DNA of 64,000 nucleotides from an uncultured virus (IMG/VR IMGVR_UViG_3300034120_000663) (taxonomy: Duplodnaviria; Heunggongvirae; Uroviricota; Caudoviricetes): the IMG/VR virus record IMGVR_UViG_3300034120_000663; one strand, given 5' to 3'. Shown piece by piece: positions 56,069-64,000 of this stretch. The notes below the pieces were generated by a model. The model did no database searches and was not told where the DNA came from. It saw nothing but the letters and a program-made list of their open reading frames with translations. The position numbers and the translations under genes were made by a program. Numbering within the stretch: the stretch's first letter is position 1; every line of letters begins with the position of its first letter.

Positions 56069-56694
56069 CCGTTGGAAAACCGCCCCTGGACTGGAAGAGC
56101 AGCAAGTGGTGGGCACACCGTTCGCCAGAAGAGCGAACAGCGTGGGCTAACATCCCGAAGAGGTACACCGCCCTGACCCTCTCTGAGTTGGAACTACCTG
56201 CCAACGTACTCAAGCAGTCGAACGAGTGGATCGAAGCGTACGTCTCAGGCGAGACATCCGGCCTCTTGATCACTGGCGGTGCCTCCAGTGGGAAGACCGC
56301 CCTAGCACAGGCGATTGGCAAGGAGATCATCAACAGAACACCATCGATGGTCTACTTCCTGTCATCTGATCGCTACGTAGAGATGATCAAGGACTCGTTC
56401 GACGCAGACAATGGCGAACTACCAGAGATGTACGAGATGCCCTGGCTCATCAAGTATGTGCGCGACGTGTTCCACTTGCCGATCATCGATTCTCTTGGAA
56501 GAGAACGCCCCACCGACTTCTCACAGTACGAACTTGGTGCACTCCTTCGGAGAAGGTGGGAAGAGTGCCGGTGCACTCTGATTACCACCAGCCTGTCGCT
56601 CATTGACGTATCCGCTAGGTACGGAGACTCTGCTAGGGCAGTGCTGGAAGACATGAACCGCATTCAGATCAAAGGAGACCGTGGTGGAAGGTAA
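56065..56694 (+). CDS. DnaC/IstB-like AAA+ helicase loader
   Basis: ANIPKRY, GGASSGKT, IIDSLGRE, TLITTSL. Confidence 0.8.
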   Translation: MTVGKPPLDWKSSKWWAHRSPEERTAWANIPKRYTALTLSELELPANVLKQSNEWIEAYVSGETSGLLITGGASSGKTALAQAIGKEIINRTPSMVYFLSSDRYVEMIKDSFDADNGELPEMYEMPWLIKYVRDVFHLPIIDSLGRERPTDFSQYELGALLRRRWEECRCTLITTSLSLIDVSARYGDSARAVLEDMNRIQIKGDRGGR

Positions 56695-57127
56695 CGACCT
56701 GGCAGCGTGGACGGACTACACCGAAGCAGTTGTGTTTGAGGGTGTTCTTGCAGCACCGCCAGACCGTACGTTGCAGAAGTTCAAGTTCAAAGTGTCTCAG
56801 TCGACTGGTGACTGGGATCGCGCCCTTCGGTTGTGGCGACCGGGCGACCACGCTCTCAAGACGCTCATCAGCAACGTCAACAGGATCGGCATCAGGACGT
56901 ACGTCTACACGTTTCTTGATGAGGGTGCAGCAGAGGCTATTGAAAGGTGGCTTGCCAGAAAAGGCGTAGGTGTGTCGTGTACGTACTACTCGTCGGTAGA
57001 GGCTCTTCGTGATGATCTCCGCTACAACCGTGAGGTCTACAAGGTGTACGTTCCAACGTACGACATGGTGAGGGAGATAGGCCCACGTGCAACGGCAGTA
57101 TCTCCAGATAGTACATGGAGTAACTGA
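56681..57127 (+). CDS. Hypothetical protein (possibly a degenerate HAD fold)
   Basis: VVFEGVLA; AAGGAG RBS. Confidence 0.6.
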   Translation: MVEGNDLAAWTDYTEAVVFEGVLAAPPDRTLQKFKFKVSQSTGDWDRALRLWRPGDHALKTLISNVNRIGIRTYVYTFLDEGAAEAIERWLARKGVGVSCTYYSSVEALRDDLRYNREVYKVYVPTYDMVREIGPRATAVSPDSTWSN

Positions 57128-58365
57128 TGGCTTCACCTGAGTATCTGCTCATAGTAAAGTGCGTTGCTGAGGGGGACATGCACACGCCGCTGAAGAGCGG
57201 CATCAAGCCCGAGCACTTCTCTGGAGAATGGGCAGAGATCTGGGGGTGGATGGTTGAGTACCACCAAAAGCACTCGCAGTGTCCGTCCATTCGATCACTC
57301 CAGAACCAGTGGGGAGATCTAGACACAAACGAGGACACGACGAACGAGTCGTTCTCTGGCCTCGTTGACGAGGTTCACGACGCATACACACGTCGAAAGT
57401 TGTTGGAGACAATCTCCGACACAATGCCGTCTCTTAACGGGGGAAGAACGGCAGAAGCGCTGAACACGCTGAGTTCGGGCGTACAGCAGGCAGCGGTGAG
57501 TGTCGCAAAGATTCGTGATGTTGACATCATCCAGACCTGGGAAGAGCGCATCCAGAAGTACGAGACGATGCGGAACACTCCCAACAGTCTTCGTGGTATT
57601 CCGACAGGGTTCCCTGGTCTTGACAAGATCACGAATGGTCTTCGACCACAGCAGTTCATCGTCGTAGCAGGTGAGCCGAAGCGAGGAAAGTCATGGCTCG
57701 CTCTCATCATGGCAGACGAGGCACACCGCTACGGAAAGCGCCCGATGTTCATCTCGTTTGAAATGAGCATTGAGGAGCAGGAGGCGCGATACGACGCAAT
57801 CGTGTCAAAGGTTCCGTACGGGAACGTGCTGAGCGGCAACCTTACGTCTAGAGAACTGGACACGATCAGGGCGGCATTGAAGTTACGGAAGAACATGCAC
57901 CCGTTCATCATGAGCGAGGACACGTCAAGCCTGACAACTGTCAGCGCTGTTTCGGCCAAGATCAAGGAGTACCAGCCCGATGTGTTGTTCATCGATGGTG
58001 TGTATCTCATGGACGACGAGAACGGGGAGCGCAAGGGTTCGCCGCAGGCTCTGACCAACATCACTCGTTCACTGAAGCGGTTGGCACAGCAGTACGACAT
58101 TCCAGTTGTGGCAACCACACAGGTGTTGTCGTGGAAGTTGAACAACAAGACATCCCGAGCAGTGTCCGCTGATGCCATTGGCTACACGTCATCCTTCGCC
58201 CAGGACTCAGACCTTCTCTTGGGTATTGAGCGCAACCCAGACATCGACAACCGTGCAATCATCCGAGTAGTGCACGCCAGGTCATCAACTACTGGAATTG
58301 TTAACATTTGTTGGAACTGGACGACAATGGAGTTCGACGAGGTGTATGGTGACGATGACGAATAA
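57127..58365 (+). CDS. dnaB: DnaB-like replicative helicase
   Basis: GIPTGFPGLD, GEPKRGKS, ISFEMS, LFIDG, QDSD. Confidence 0.9.
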   Translation: MASPEYLLIVKCVAEGDMHTPLKSGIKPEHFSGEWAEIWGWMVEYHQKHSQCPSIRSLQNQWGDLDTNEDTTNESFSGLVDEVHDAYTRRKLLETISDTMPSLNGGRTAEALNTLSSGVQQAAVSVAKIRDVDIIQTWEERIQKYETMRNTPNSLRGIPTGFPGLDKITNGLRPQQFIVVAGEPKRGKSWLALIMADEAHRYGKRPMFISFEMSIEEQEARYDAIVSKVPYGNVLSGNLTSRELDTIRAALKLRKNMHPFIMSEDTSSLTTVSAVSAKIKEYQPDVLFIDGVYLMDDENGERKGSPQALTNITRSLKRLAQQYDIPVVATTQVLSWKLNNKTSRAVSADAIGYTSSFAQDSDLLLGIERNPDIDNRAIIRVVHARSSTTGIVNICWNWTTMEFDEVYGDDDE

Positions 58366-58374
58366 GGAGAACCA

Positions 58375-58677
58375 ATGAGCGAGCAAGACATCGTGGAACG
58401 GCTACGGGCTGAAGTTGTCCCATGCCCCGGCAGGGGATTGGACGGGCACGGTATGCGGCACTGCGCCGAGTGTTGTTTCGGCAGTGGCATCGAAGCAACC
58501 AGCGAAGCCGATCTTCGGATCATGCTGCTTGCCCGAGATGCCGCCGACCAGATCGAACGGTTGCGAGCCGCAGGCGATGCGCTGGTGCAACTGATCTACC
58601 TGAATCCGAACACCCCTTCTCAAGAAGACTGGGATGCGGCTGTCGCCGCATGGCGGGAGGCCAGTCGTGAGCGGTGA
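58375..58677 (+). CDS. Cassette protein (DIVERLR/EIERLR family) with Cys motif
   Basis: MSEQDIVERLR...AADQIERLRAAGDAL...WREASRER. Confidence 0.7.
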   Translation: MSEQDIVERLRAEVVPCPGRGLDGHGMRHCAECCFGSGIEATSEADLRIMLLARDAADQIERLRAAGDALVQLIYLNPNTPSQEDWDAAVAAWREASRER

Positions 58678-59122
58678 CATCGTGGAGCGGCTACGGAACT
58701 GGGACGATGGCCGTGTCAGCACCCACTATGAGGGCTGCTGGGATTCCCACCCCGTTTGCGCCATCCTGCTTGCCGCTGACGCCATTGAAGCCCGTGATGC
58801 CGAGATCGAACGGCTGCGGAAGCGACTGCAAGCGTGTCAGTCGATCGACGCCTTGCCGCTGACCGACGACTGCATCACGCAGAACGAGCGAATGCTCTTC
58901 ACTGAGAACGAGCGGCTGCGGGCTGAGCGTGACGACCTGCACGTTCTTCTCAGAGGCAGAACGGCTGAACTGCAAGCCGAGATCGGAGGGCTGCGAGGTA
59001 ATCAGCGTGCGGTTGTTGCTCTTGCTCGCACAGTTCTAGGCAAGAGCGAGCATCCAGTTGAACGGTCGCCGTGGATCGACGTAATCCACATGATGGACGA
59101 GGAGGTCCGCTGTGAGCGGTGA
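58667..59122 (+). CDS. Cassette protein (DIVERLR/EIERLR family)
   Basis: GGAGG-N6-GTG start; DIVERLR, EIERLR. Confidence 0.7.
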   Translation: MSGDIVERLRNWDDGRVSTHYEGCWDSHPVCAILLAADAIEARDAEIERLRKRLQACQSIDALPLTDDCITQNERMLFTENERLRAERDDLHVLLRGRTAELQAEIGGLRGNQRAVVALARTVLGKSEHPVERSPWIDVIHMMDEEVRCER

Positions 59123-59387
59123 AATGACCGAGTTGCCGGAAGTCGCACTATGGCGAGTGACATGGTGGGAGCCACCCGACCCAACTACGACCCGTCCTCG
59201 GAAAACGACCACCGTTTCGCCATACTGGCTAGGCGGCACTAACCACACAGCCGAAGTGGTCGCATCCACGATGGAGGTTGCCATTGCAGCCGTCCGTGCC
59301 GATAACCCCACCGCCGTCTTTGCCAATGTCACGAAGGCAAGCAAGACAGGCCTGTTCTACGTTGCGCAGGAGGACCGCCATGAGTAG
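59112..59387 (+). CDS. Cassette protein, hypothetical
   Basis: GGAGG-N6-GTG junction start. Confidence 0.6.
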   Translation: MSGEMTELPEVALWRVTWWEPPDPTTTRPRKTTTVSPYWLGGTNHTAEVVASTMEVAIAAVRADNPTAVFANVTKASKTGLFYVAQEDRHE

Positions 59388-59625
59388 TGACATTGTGGAG
59401 CGGCTGCGTACCGAAGCCAATGAATGGTGGGAGTGCTGTAACAACATCCATTTGCCCCTCATCGCTGCCGCCGACACCATCGAAGCCCGTGACGAAGAAA
59501 TCGAACGGCTGCGTGCCGAACTGGAACTACATCGGGCTGGCACTCAGGAGGTAATCAGAGAAGAAATCAGATTGGCTACACAACGTGTCGTCGCAGCACA
59601 CAGGGAGGCCCGTCGTGAGCGATGA
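59380..59625 (+). CDS. Cassette protein (DIVERLR/EIERLR family)
   Basis: MSSDIVERLR...EEIERLRAEL...HREARRER. Confidence 0.7.
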   Translation: MSSDIVERLRTEANEWWECCNNIHLPLIAAADTIEARDEEIERLRAELELHRAGTQEVIREEIRLATQRVVAAHREARRER

Positions 59626-59854
59626 CATTTGCGATTGGCTTGCCGAAGAGGAAGCCGCTGCCGAGCAGTGGGGCGGCTTGGGCGGTGCCCAGTTCTATCG
59701 GGAACGGTTCGCCGCCGCCCGTGCCGAGATCGAACGGCTGCGTGCCGCAGGCGATGCGCTGGCCGACTCAGTTGACCTGACCCAATTCCACCTGACCCAG
59801 TTCGTCCTGGCCGCAGAAGCATGGCGGGAGGCCCGTCGTGAGCGGCAGGGATAG
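59615..59854 (+). CDS. Cassette protein (EIERLR family)
   Basis: AEIERLRAAGDAL...WREARRE. Confidence 0.7.
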   Translation: MSDDICDWLAEEEAAAEQWGGLGGAQFYRERFAAARAEIERLRAAGDALADSVDLTQFHLTQFVLAAEAWREARRERQG

Positions 59855-59862
59855 GTAACCGC

Positions 59863-60771
59863 ATGTCCTTAGCACAAGTACTCAGTGACATCGGTGTAGA
59901 TGTCAAGCGAGAAGACTCAAAGGAAATCACTGGCAAGTGCCCCGTTCATCTTCGTCGGACAGGGCGAGAAGACGGCCACCCGTCATGGAGTATGAACGCA
60001 TCCACTGGTCTTTGGATCTGTTTCTCCTGCGGAGCACGTGGGACGCTGCCCATGCTTGTACAGGAGTTGACCGGGTCAGCAGATACCATGACGTTAGTAC
60101 ACAACGTCATCATAGAAGCAGGCATCAAGACAGCCGCAATAGGCAAAGGTGTCAAGACCAGTGTCCAACTCACTAACGATGACCTGATCAAGTTTGGGCA
60201 ATTTTCTTCCGTGCCTAAGAAGAAAGCGAAGCGTCGCAGCCTTGAACAAGACCTACTTGAAGAGTACAGCATTAGGTGGGATGACGACGACCATGCGTTC
60301 ATCATCCCCATTGTCTCTCTCACAGGAGAGATGATGGGCTGGCAGTGCAAGGGAAACGGTTGGGTGAAGAACTATCCAGAAGGAGTAATCAAGTCAGACA
60401 CTCTGTTTGGTGTGCACCACCTTGGCGTATCAGCATCGCCAAAGGCCGTGCTTGTAGAGTCACCGCTTGACGTAGTGCGGTGGGCAGCGGTATGGGACTT
60501 CCCTCGCGCAGTAGCGTCGTTTGGGTCGTACGTATCTGATAAACAGATTCGCCTACTGTCTAGGGCGGTAGACGGATTGGTCGTAGCGATGGACAACGAT
60601 CCGGCTGGAGTGAGTTCCACCTCACGTCTCTTCCGAGTACTTCCTAACTTCCGTAGCGGCGTTGCGTACCTGAAGTATCCAAAGGGAGTAAAAGACGTAG
60701 GCGACATGAGCGACGATCAGATCGTTGCTGCACTGGAGTCATCCGCTGCACTTCCTCCTTGGAAGTGCTAG
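59863..60771 (+). CDS. DNA primase (zinc finger plus TOPRIM)
   Basis: CPVH...CFSCG, LVESPLD, MDNDPAG, KDVGDM. Confidence 0.88.
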   Translation: MSLAQVLSDIGVDVKREDSKEITGKCPVHLRRTGREDGHPSWSMNASTGLWICFSCGARGTLPMLVQELTGSADTMTLVHNVIIEAGIKTAAIGKGVKTSVQLTNDDLIKFGQFSSVPKKKAKRRSLEQDLLEEYSIRWDDDDHAFIIPIVSLTGEMMGWQCKGNGWVKNYPEGVIKSDTLFGVHHLGVSASPKAVLVESPLDVVRWAAVWDFPRAVASFGSYVSDKQIRLLSRAVDGLVVAMDNDPAGVSSTSRLFRVLPNFRSGVAYLKYPKGVKDVGDMSDDQIVAALESSAALPPWKC

Positions 60772-60815
60772 AACTGTTGACTATTCGTGCCTGAATGCTA
60801 GTAGCATCTATTGCT

Positions 60816-62357
60816 ATGGCGTTTATTGGTACACCATACCCGTATCAACAGGAAGCGATTGACCGCATGGTCGATCAAGGGAAGATGCTTCTTGGTGTAT
60901 GCATGGGCGGCGGGAAAACGCTAATGACGATTGCTGCCATTGAGCGTCTGTACGATGAGGGTGAAATCCGCCGAGCACTTGTTGTCGTTCCTGCGTCCCT
61001 CAAGTACCAGTGGCTGAGTGAGATCAAGAAGTTCACCGACTCACGGGCAGTTGTGATCGATGGGTCAGCCGAACAGCGTAAAGCGCTTTGGAGGGCCAGT
61101 ACCTCTGTTAAGTACGTGATCATTAACCCCGAGTCATTGATCAACGACTTACCGCAGTTGGTAAGCCACAAGTTTGACCTCATCGCTGTTGACGAGGCAA
61201 CTATGCTGAAGACCCGTTCTTCTAAGCGCTCTCGCATGCTTAAGAAGATAGGTAACTCAATCTTCTATAGGTTTGCGCTCACAGGGCAGCCGATTGAGAA
61301 TCGCCCAGAAGAACTCTTCAGCATCATGGAGTTTGTCGACAAGGAAGTTCTCGGGGACTTTAGAAAGTTCGACAACACGTTCATCGTACGTAACAACTTC
61401 GGTCGTCCTGTTCGATACAGGAACCTTGATCGTCTGACTGATGCGCTGGTCGATAGATTGATTCGTAAAACCAGAGCAGACATTGCTGACCAGTTGCCGC
61501 AAGTGATCCATCAGACGATTGCCGTTCCGTTTGACGATGCTGGTGGTCGCCTGTATAGGCACATCGCTAACGATCTAATCAGCCAGATTCAGGACGCAAC
61601 AGCAAAGCACGGCAAGGGTTTCAGTCTGTGGAGCCATTACAACGGTGAGGGTGATGAGGCGCAGGGGCAGATCATGTCTCGTCTCACGGTGCTTCGTATG
61701 CTGTGCGACAATCCACAACTCGTGAAGGACAGTGCTAACGAGTTCGCTGACAGCAGTACAAAGGCAGGTAGTCAGTACGCAGCAAACATCGCTGCTGCTG
61801 GCCTGCTTTCCAACGTAGATAAGACTCCCAAACTCAACGCAGTTCTGGAGTACATCGAACAGGTGTTGTCGGAAGACCCAGCGAACAAGGTCGTGCTGTT
61901 CTCGTTCTTCAAGAACAACCTACGCCTTCTACAGAGGAACACTTCTCACCTCACGAACAGCGTGCTGTTCATGGGCGGCATGACCAACGTAGAAAGAGAA
62001 GCGGCCAAGGAAAAGTTCCGCAACGACCCAGGAACCCGTCTCTTCTTATCGTCAGACGCAGGCGGATACGGCGTAGACCTACCTATGGCCAACGTGCTTA
62101 TATCGTACGACCTACCGTGGTCGTCTGGAAAACTAGAGCAGCGAGAAGCGCGCATCATCCGTTTGTCGTCTGAGTTCCCCCACGTCACCATTGCTACGTT
62201 CGTCATGCGTGGTTCGATTGAGGAGCGGCAGTACGAGATGCTCCAGCACAAGCGCATGGTCAATGAGGCGTTCGTGGACGGCAAGCACCATGAGCAGGGT
62301 GTTCTTGAGGTAGACGTGTCCACTCTGACAAACTTTCTAAAATCTACCGAACTGTAG
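60816..62357 (+). CDS. SNF2-family helicase
   Basis: MGGGKT, DEAT, ALTGQP, AGGYGVDL, QREARI. Confidence 0.88.
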   Translation: MAFIGTPYPYQQEAIDRMVDQGKMLLGVCMGGGKTLMTIAAIERLYDEGEIRRALVVVPASLKYQWLSEIKKFTDSRAVVIDGSAEQRKALWRASTSVKYVIINPESLINDLPQLVSHKFDLIAVDEATMLKTRSSKRSRMLKKIGNSIFYRFALTGQPIENRPEELFSIMEFVDKEVLGDFRKFDNTFIVRNNFGRPVRYRNLDRLTDALVDRLIRKTRADIADQLPQVIHQTIAVPFDDAGGRLYRHIANDLISQIQDATAKHGKGFSLWSHYNGEGDEAQGQIMSRLTVLRMLCDNPQLVKDSANEFADSSTKAGSQYAANIAAAGLLSNVDKTPKLNAVLEYIEQVLSEDPANKVVLFSFFKNNLRLLQRNTSHLTNSVLFMGGMTNVEREAAKEKFRNDPGTRLFLSSDAGGYGVDLPMANVLISYDLPWSSGKLEQREARIIRLSSEFPHVTIATFVMRGSIEERQYEMLQHKRMVNEAFVDGKHHEQGVLEVDVSTLTNFLKSTEL

Positions 62358-62409
62358 TTGCTACCGTACTTCGCCACGCTATGCTGGTGCTCCTAGCACA
62401 AGGAGGAGC

Positions 62410-62874
62410 ATGAAGATCGTACGAGAAACCCGGCCAGACGGTCAGTATCTGGCCCGACTAGCAGATGAGTACGCCAATGCTAAAGCATTCGCAGAGAAGG
62501 CCACTGCTCGCGCTGATGAACTCAAGTCAGAACTCGCCCGAGTGACCGACGAGTTGGGCCAGCAGGACAACAAGGGCAACATCTGGCTGCAAGCAGGCAA
62601 GTACGACCTCAAGCGTGAGCGTCGACTGTCGCGCAGTCTGGATCTGTCTCATGCTGAGACATGGGCACGGGACAACGGAGTGTGGGGAGAAGTTTCCGAA
62701 ATCAAGGCAGTCCTGAGCGAAGACCTGCTTCTTGGGTGGGCGTGGGATCACCCAGATAAGACGGATGAAGTCCAGGCTCTTTACAAAGAGAAAGAGGTCT
62801 GGGCCTTCAAACTCTCTGAGGCCAAGGTGCCTCTTACGGAGACCAGCGCCACAGATGTGGGAGGACAGCCATGA
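62410..62874 (+). CDS. Hypothetical protein (coiled-coil N-terminus)
   Basis: AGGAGGAG RBS; 154 aa. Confidence 0.7.
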   Translation: MKIVRETRPDGQYLARLADEYANAKAFAEKATARADELKSELARVTDELGQQDNKGNIWLQAGKYDLKRERRLSRSLDLSHAETWARDNGVWGEVSEIKAVLSEDLLLGWAWDHPDKTDEVQALYKEKEVWAFKLSEAKVPLTETSATDVGGQP

Positions 62875-63107
62875 GCGGTAAGCAGAGTCTCTTGGAGTGG
62901 TTGCGCTGGATGGCCCTAATGGGCGTTGATAATGAAGTGGTCATGCTTCAGGGTGGAGCACTAGAGCGATGCGCTGAAGCAGCCGTTGAGATCGAACGGT
63001 TGCGGGCCGCTGGCGATGTGCTGTGTCGCTACGTCATCGAGAGTGGCCCTGGGTTGCATGACGACGAATCCGTTGTCGCCTACTGGCTGGAGGCCCGCCG
63101 TGAGTGA
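62871..63107 (+). CDS. Cassette protein (EIERLR family)
   Basis: AAVEIERLRAAGDVL...WLEARRE. Confidence 0.7.
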   Translation: MSGKQSLLEWLRWMALMGVDNEVVMLQGGALERCAEAAVEIERLRAAGDVLCRYVIESGPGLHDDESVVAYWLEARRE

Positions 63108-63387
63108 GCGAGACATCGTGGAACGGCTGCGTGACGCGCACCAGACCGTACCGATCCCAGCCATTGCATCGCTCTACAGCAATGCTGCCGACGAGATCAA
63201 ACGGCTGCGTGCCGAGGTCAGGGGCTTTCAGGCTGAAAGCGGCTGCTGGCAGCGGTGGCACGACGCCGAGCGTGCCCTGGCCGACCAGTTGGCCGATGCG
63301 TTGCGAGATGAAGCCCGCAATCGCACACTGCGAGGGAGCGCTGCCCGAGCACTGGACGCCCACGAAGAGGCCCGCCGTGAGCGGTGA
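63100..63387 (+). CDS. Cassette protein (DIVERLR family)
   Basis: ERDIVERLR...AADEIKRLR...HEEARRER. Confidence 0.7.
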   Translation: MSERDIVERLRDAHQTVPIPAIASLYSNAADEIKRLRAEVRGFQAESGCWQRWHDAERALADQLADALRDEARNRTLRGSAARALDAHEEARRER

Positions 63388-63574
63388 GTGTGTTGCGTTC
63401 CAGTGGATCGGCCAGCCGATCACGTCATGCGATGGTTGCGGGAAGCCAGCATGGGAGCACGACTACTACCGAGGCTCTCCGTGGCAGGATTACCTCATCG
63501 CCACTTGGCTGGCGGATGGATTCATCAGCCGACAGCGAGCCGCAGCCCTACTCGTAGTGGAGGAGCGGTCATGA
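63377..63574 (+). CDS. Cassette protein with CxxC..H
   Basis: Junction GTG start; SCDGCGKPAWEH. Confidence 0.6.
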   Translation: MSGECVAFQWIGQPITSCDGCGKPAWEHDYYRGSPWQDYLIATWLADGFISRQRAAALLVVEERS

Positions 63575-63750
63575 GAAGTGGGCGGCACGACTTCGTCTGC
63601 GGCCAAGTCGCCTGGTTCGTGCGCCGCTGCTGGTGGGCGCTCAATCCATCACGAGCCGTGTGGTGCGACGACCTGGCGTGCAAGTGTAGGACATGCACCG
63701 TGGACGGGTGCTGGTGCCGGGAGGCCCGCTATGAGCAGCGCAATGACTGA
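63571..63750 (+). CDS. Cys/Trp-rich cassette protein
   Basis: GGAGG RBS with ATGA overlap; ends CREARYE. Confidence 0.5.
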   Translation: MRSGRHDFVCGQVAWFVRRCWWALNPSRAVWCDDLACKCRTCTVDGCWCREARYEQRND

Positions 63751-63844
63751 GGTGACGACCTTCTTGGCTGTCTGGCTGGTGTTCTCGGTCGTCGTCGGGC
63801 TTGTCGTCGGCCGCATCATCAAGGAGGAGGCCCGACGTGAGTAG
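63731..63844 (+). CDS. Small single-TM cassette protein
   Basis: FLAVWLVFSVVVGLVVGRIIKEEARRE. Confidence 0.6.
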   Translation: MSSAMTEVTTFLAVWLVFSVVVGLVVGRIIKEEARRE

Positions 63845-64000
63845 GTACTACTACGTATGCGCCACGTGTGGAAACAAGTGCGACACCATCGCCCCATCAG
63901 TTGTCATATGCACTCATAGACCCCTGAACAAACAGGGGTCGTCTCACACGGCAAAGAAACCAACACAATCCGTCGAAGTATCGAAGGAAGTATATGAGCA
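63837..64000 (+). CDS. Small zinc-ribbon-like protein (runs off window end)
   Basis: GGAGG-N6-GTG; YVCATCGNKC. Confidence 0.45.
   Translation, partial: MSRYYYVCATCGNKCDTIAPSVVICTHRPLNKQGSSHTAKKPTQSVEVSKEVYE

Noticed and set aside
58375..64000. Integron attC cassettes or IS elements
   Set aside because: Junctions are not palindromic attC sites and lie within coding overlaps; no integrase or transposase in the window.
1..64000. Stop-codon reassignment, or introns/inteins in core genes
   Set aside because: Terminase, portal, capsid, DnaB and primase are full-length and uninterrupted in the standard code.

Overview
The whole window looks like part of a tailed dsDNA phage with a contractile tail (myovirus), almost all of it on the + strand. 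Gene order, TANNNT -10 boxes, leaderless genes and the endolysin type suggest an actinobacterial host; this is inferred, and the closest analogues I recall are BRock / Mycobacterium cluster C-like myophages. Layout from left to right: (1) a divergent HTH gene and a ~1.4 kb non-coding control region with a structured-RNA candidate, DnaA boxes and CRP-type palindromes; (2) small effector-like genes (GNAT, ParB-like, ART-like), several ending in beta-clamp-binding-type QLxLF motifs; (3) a deaminase, sugar epimerase, glycosyltransferase and methyltransferase cluster; (4) lysis genes; (5) fibre/LamG structural genes; (6) terminase, portal, scaffold, capsid, neck, sheath, tube, tape measure and baseplate; (7) a second ~800 bp non-coding region; (8) replication genes (DnaC-like, DnaB, primase, SNF2 helicase) interrupted by two arrays of small cassette-like genes sharing a ~22-nt junction. 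Best novelty candidates: a ~92-nt minus-strand sRNA with its own promoter and terminator whose loop is antisense to a GGAGAACCA ribosome-binding motif in front of several phage genes; the family of clamp-motif / QF-motif effector proteins; two large structured RNA candidates; and the junction-linked cassette arrays. All family assignments are from motif recognition by eye; no database search or folding program was run.
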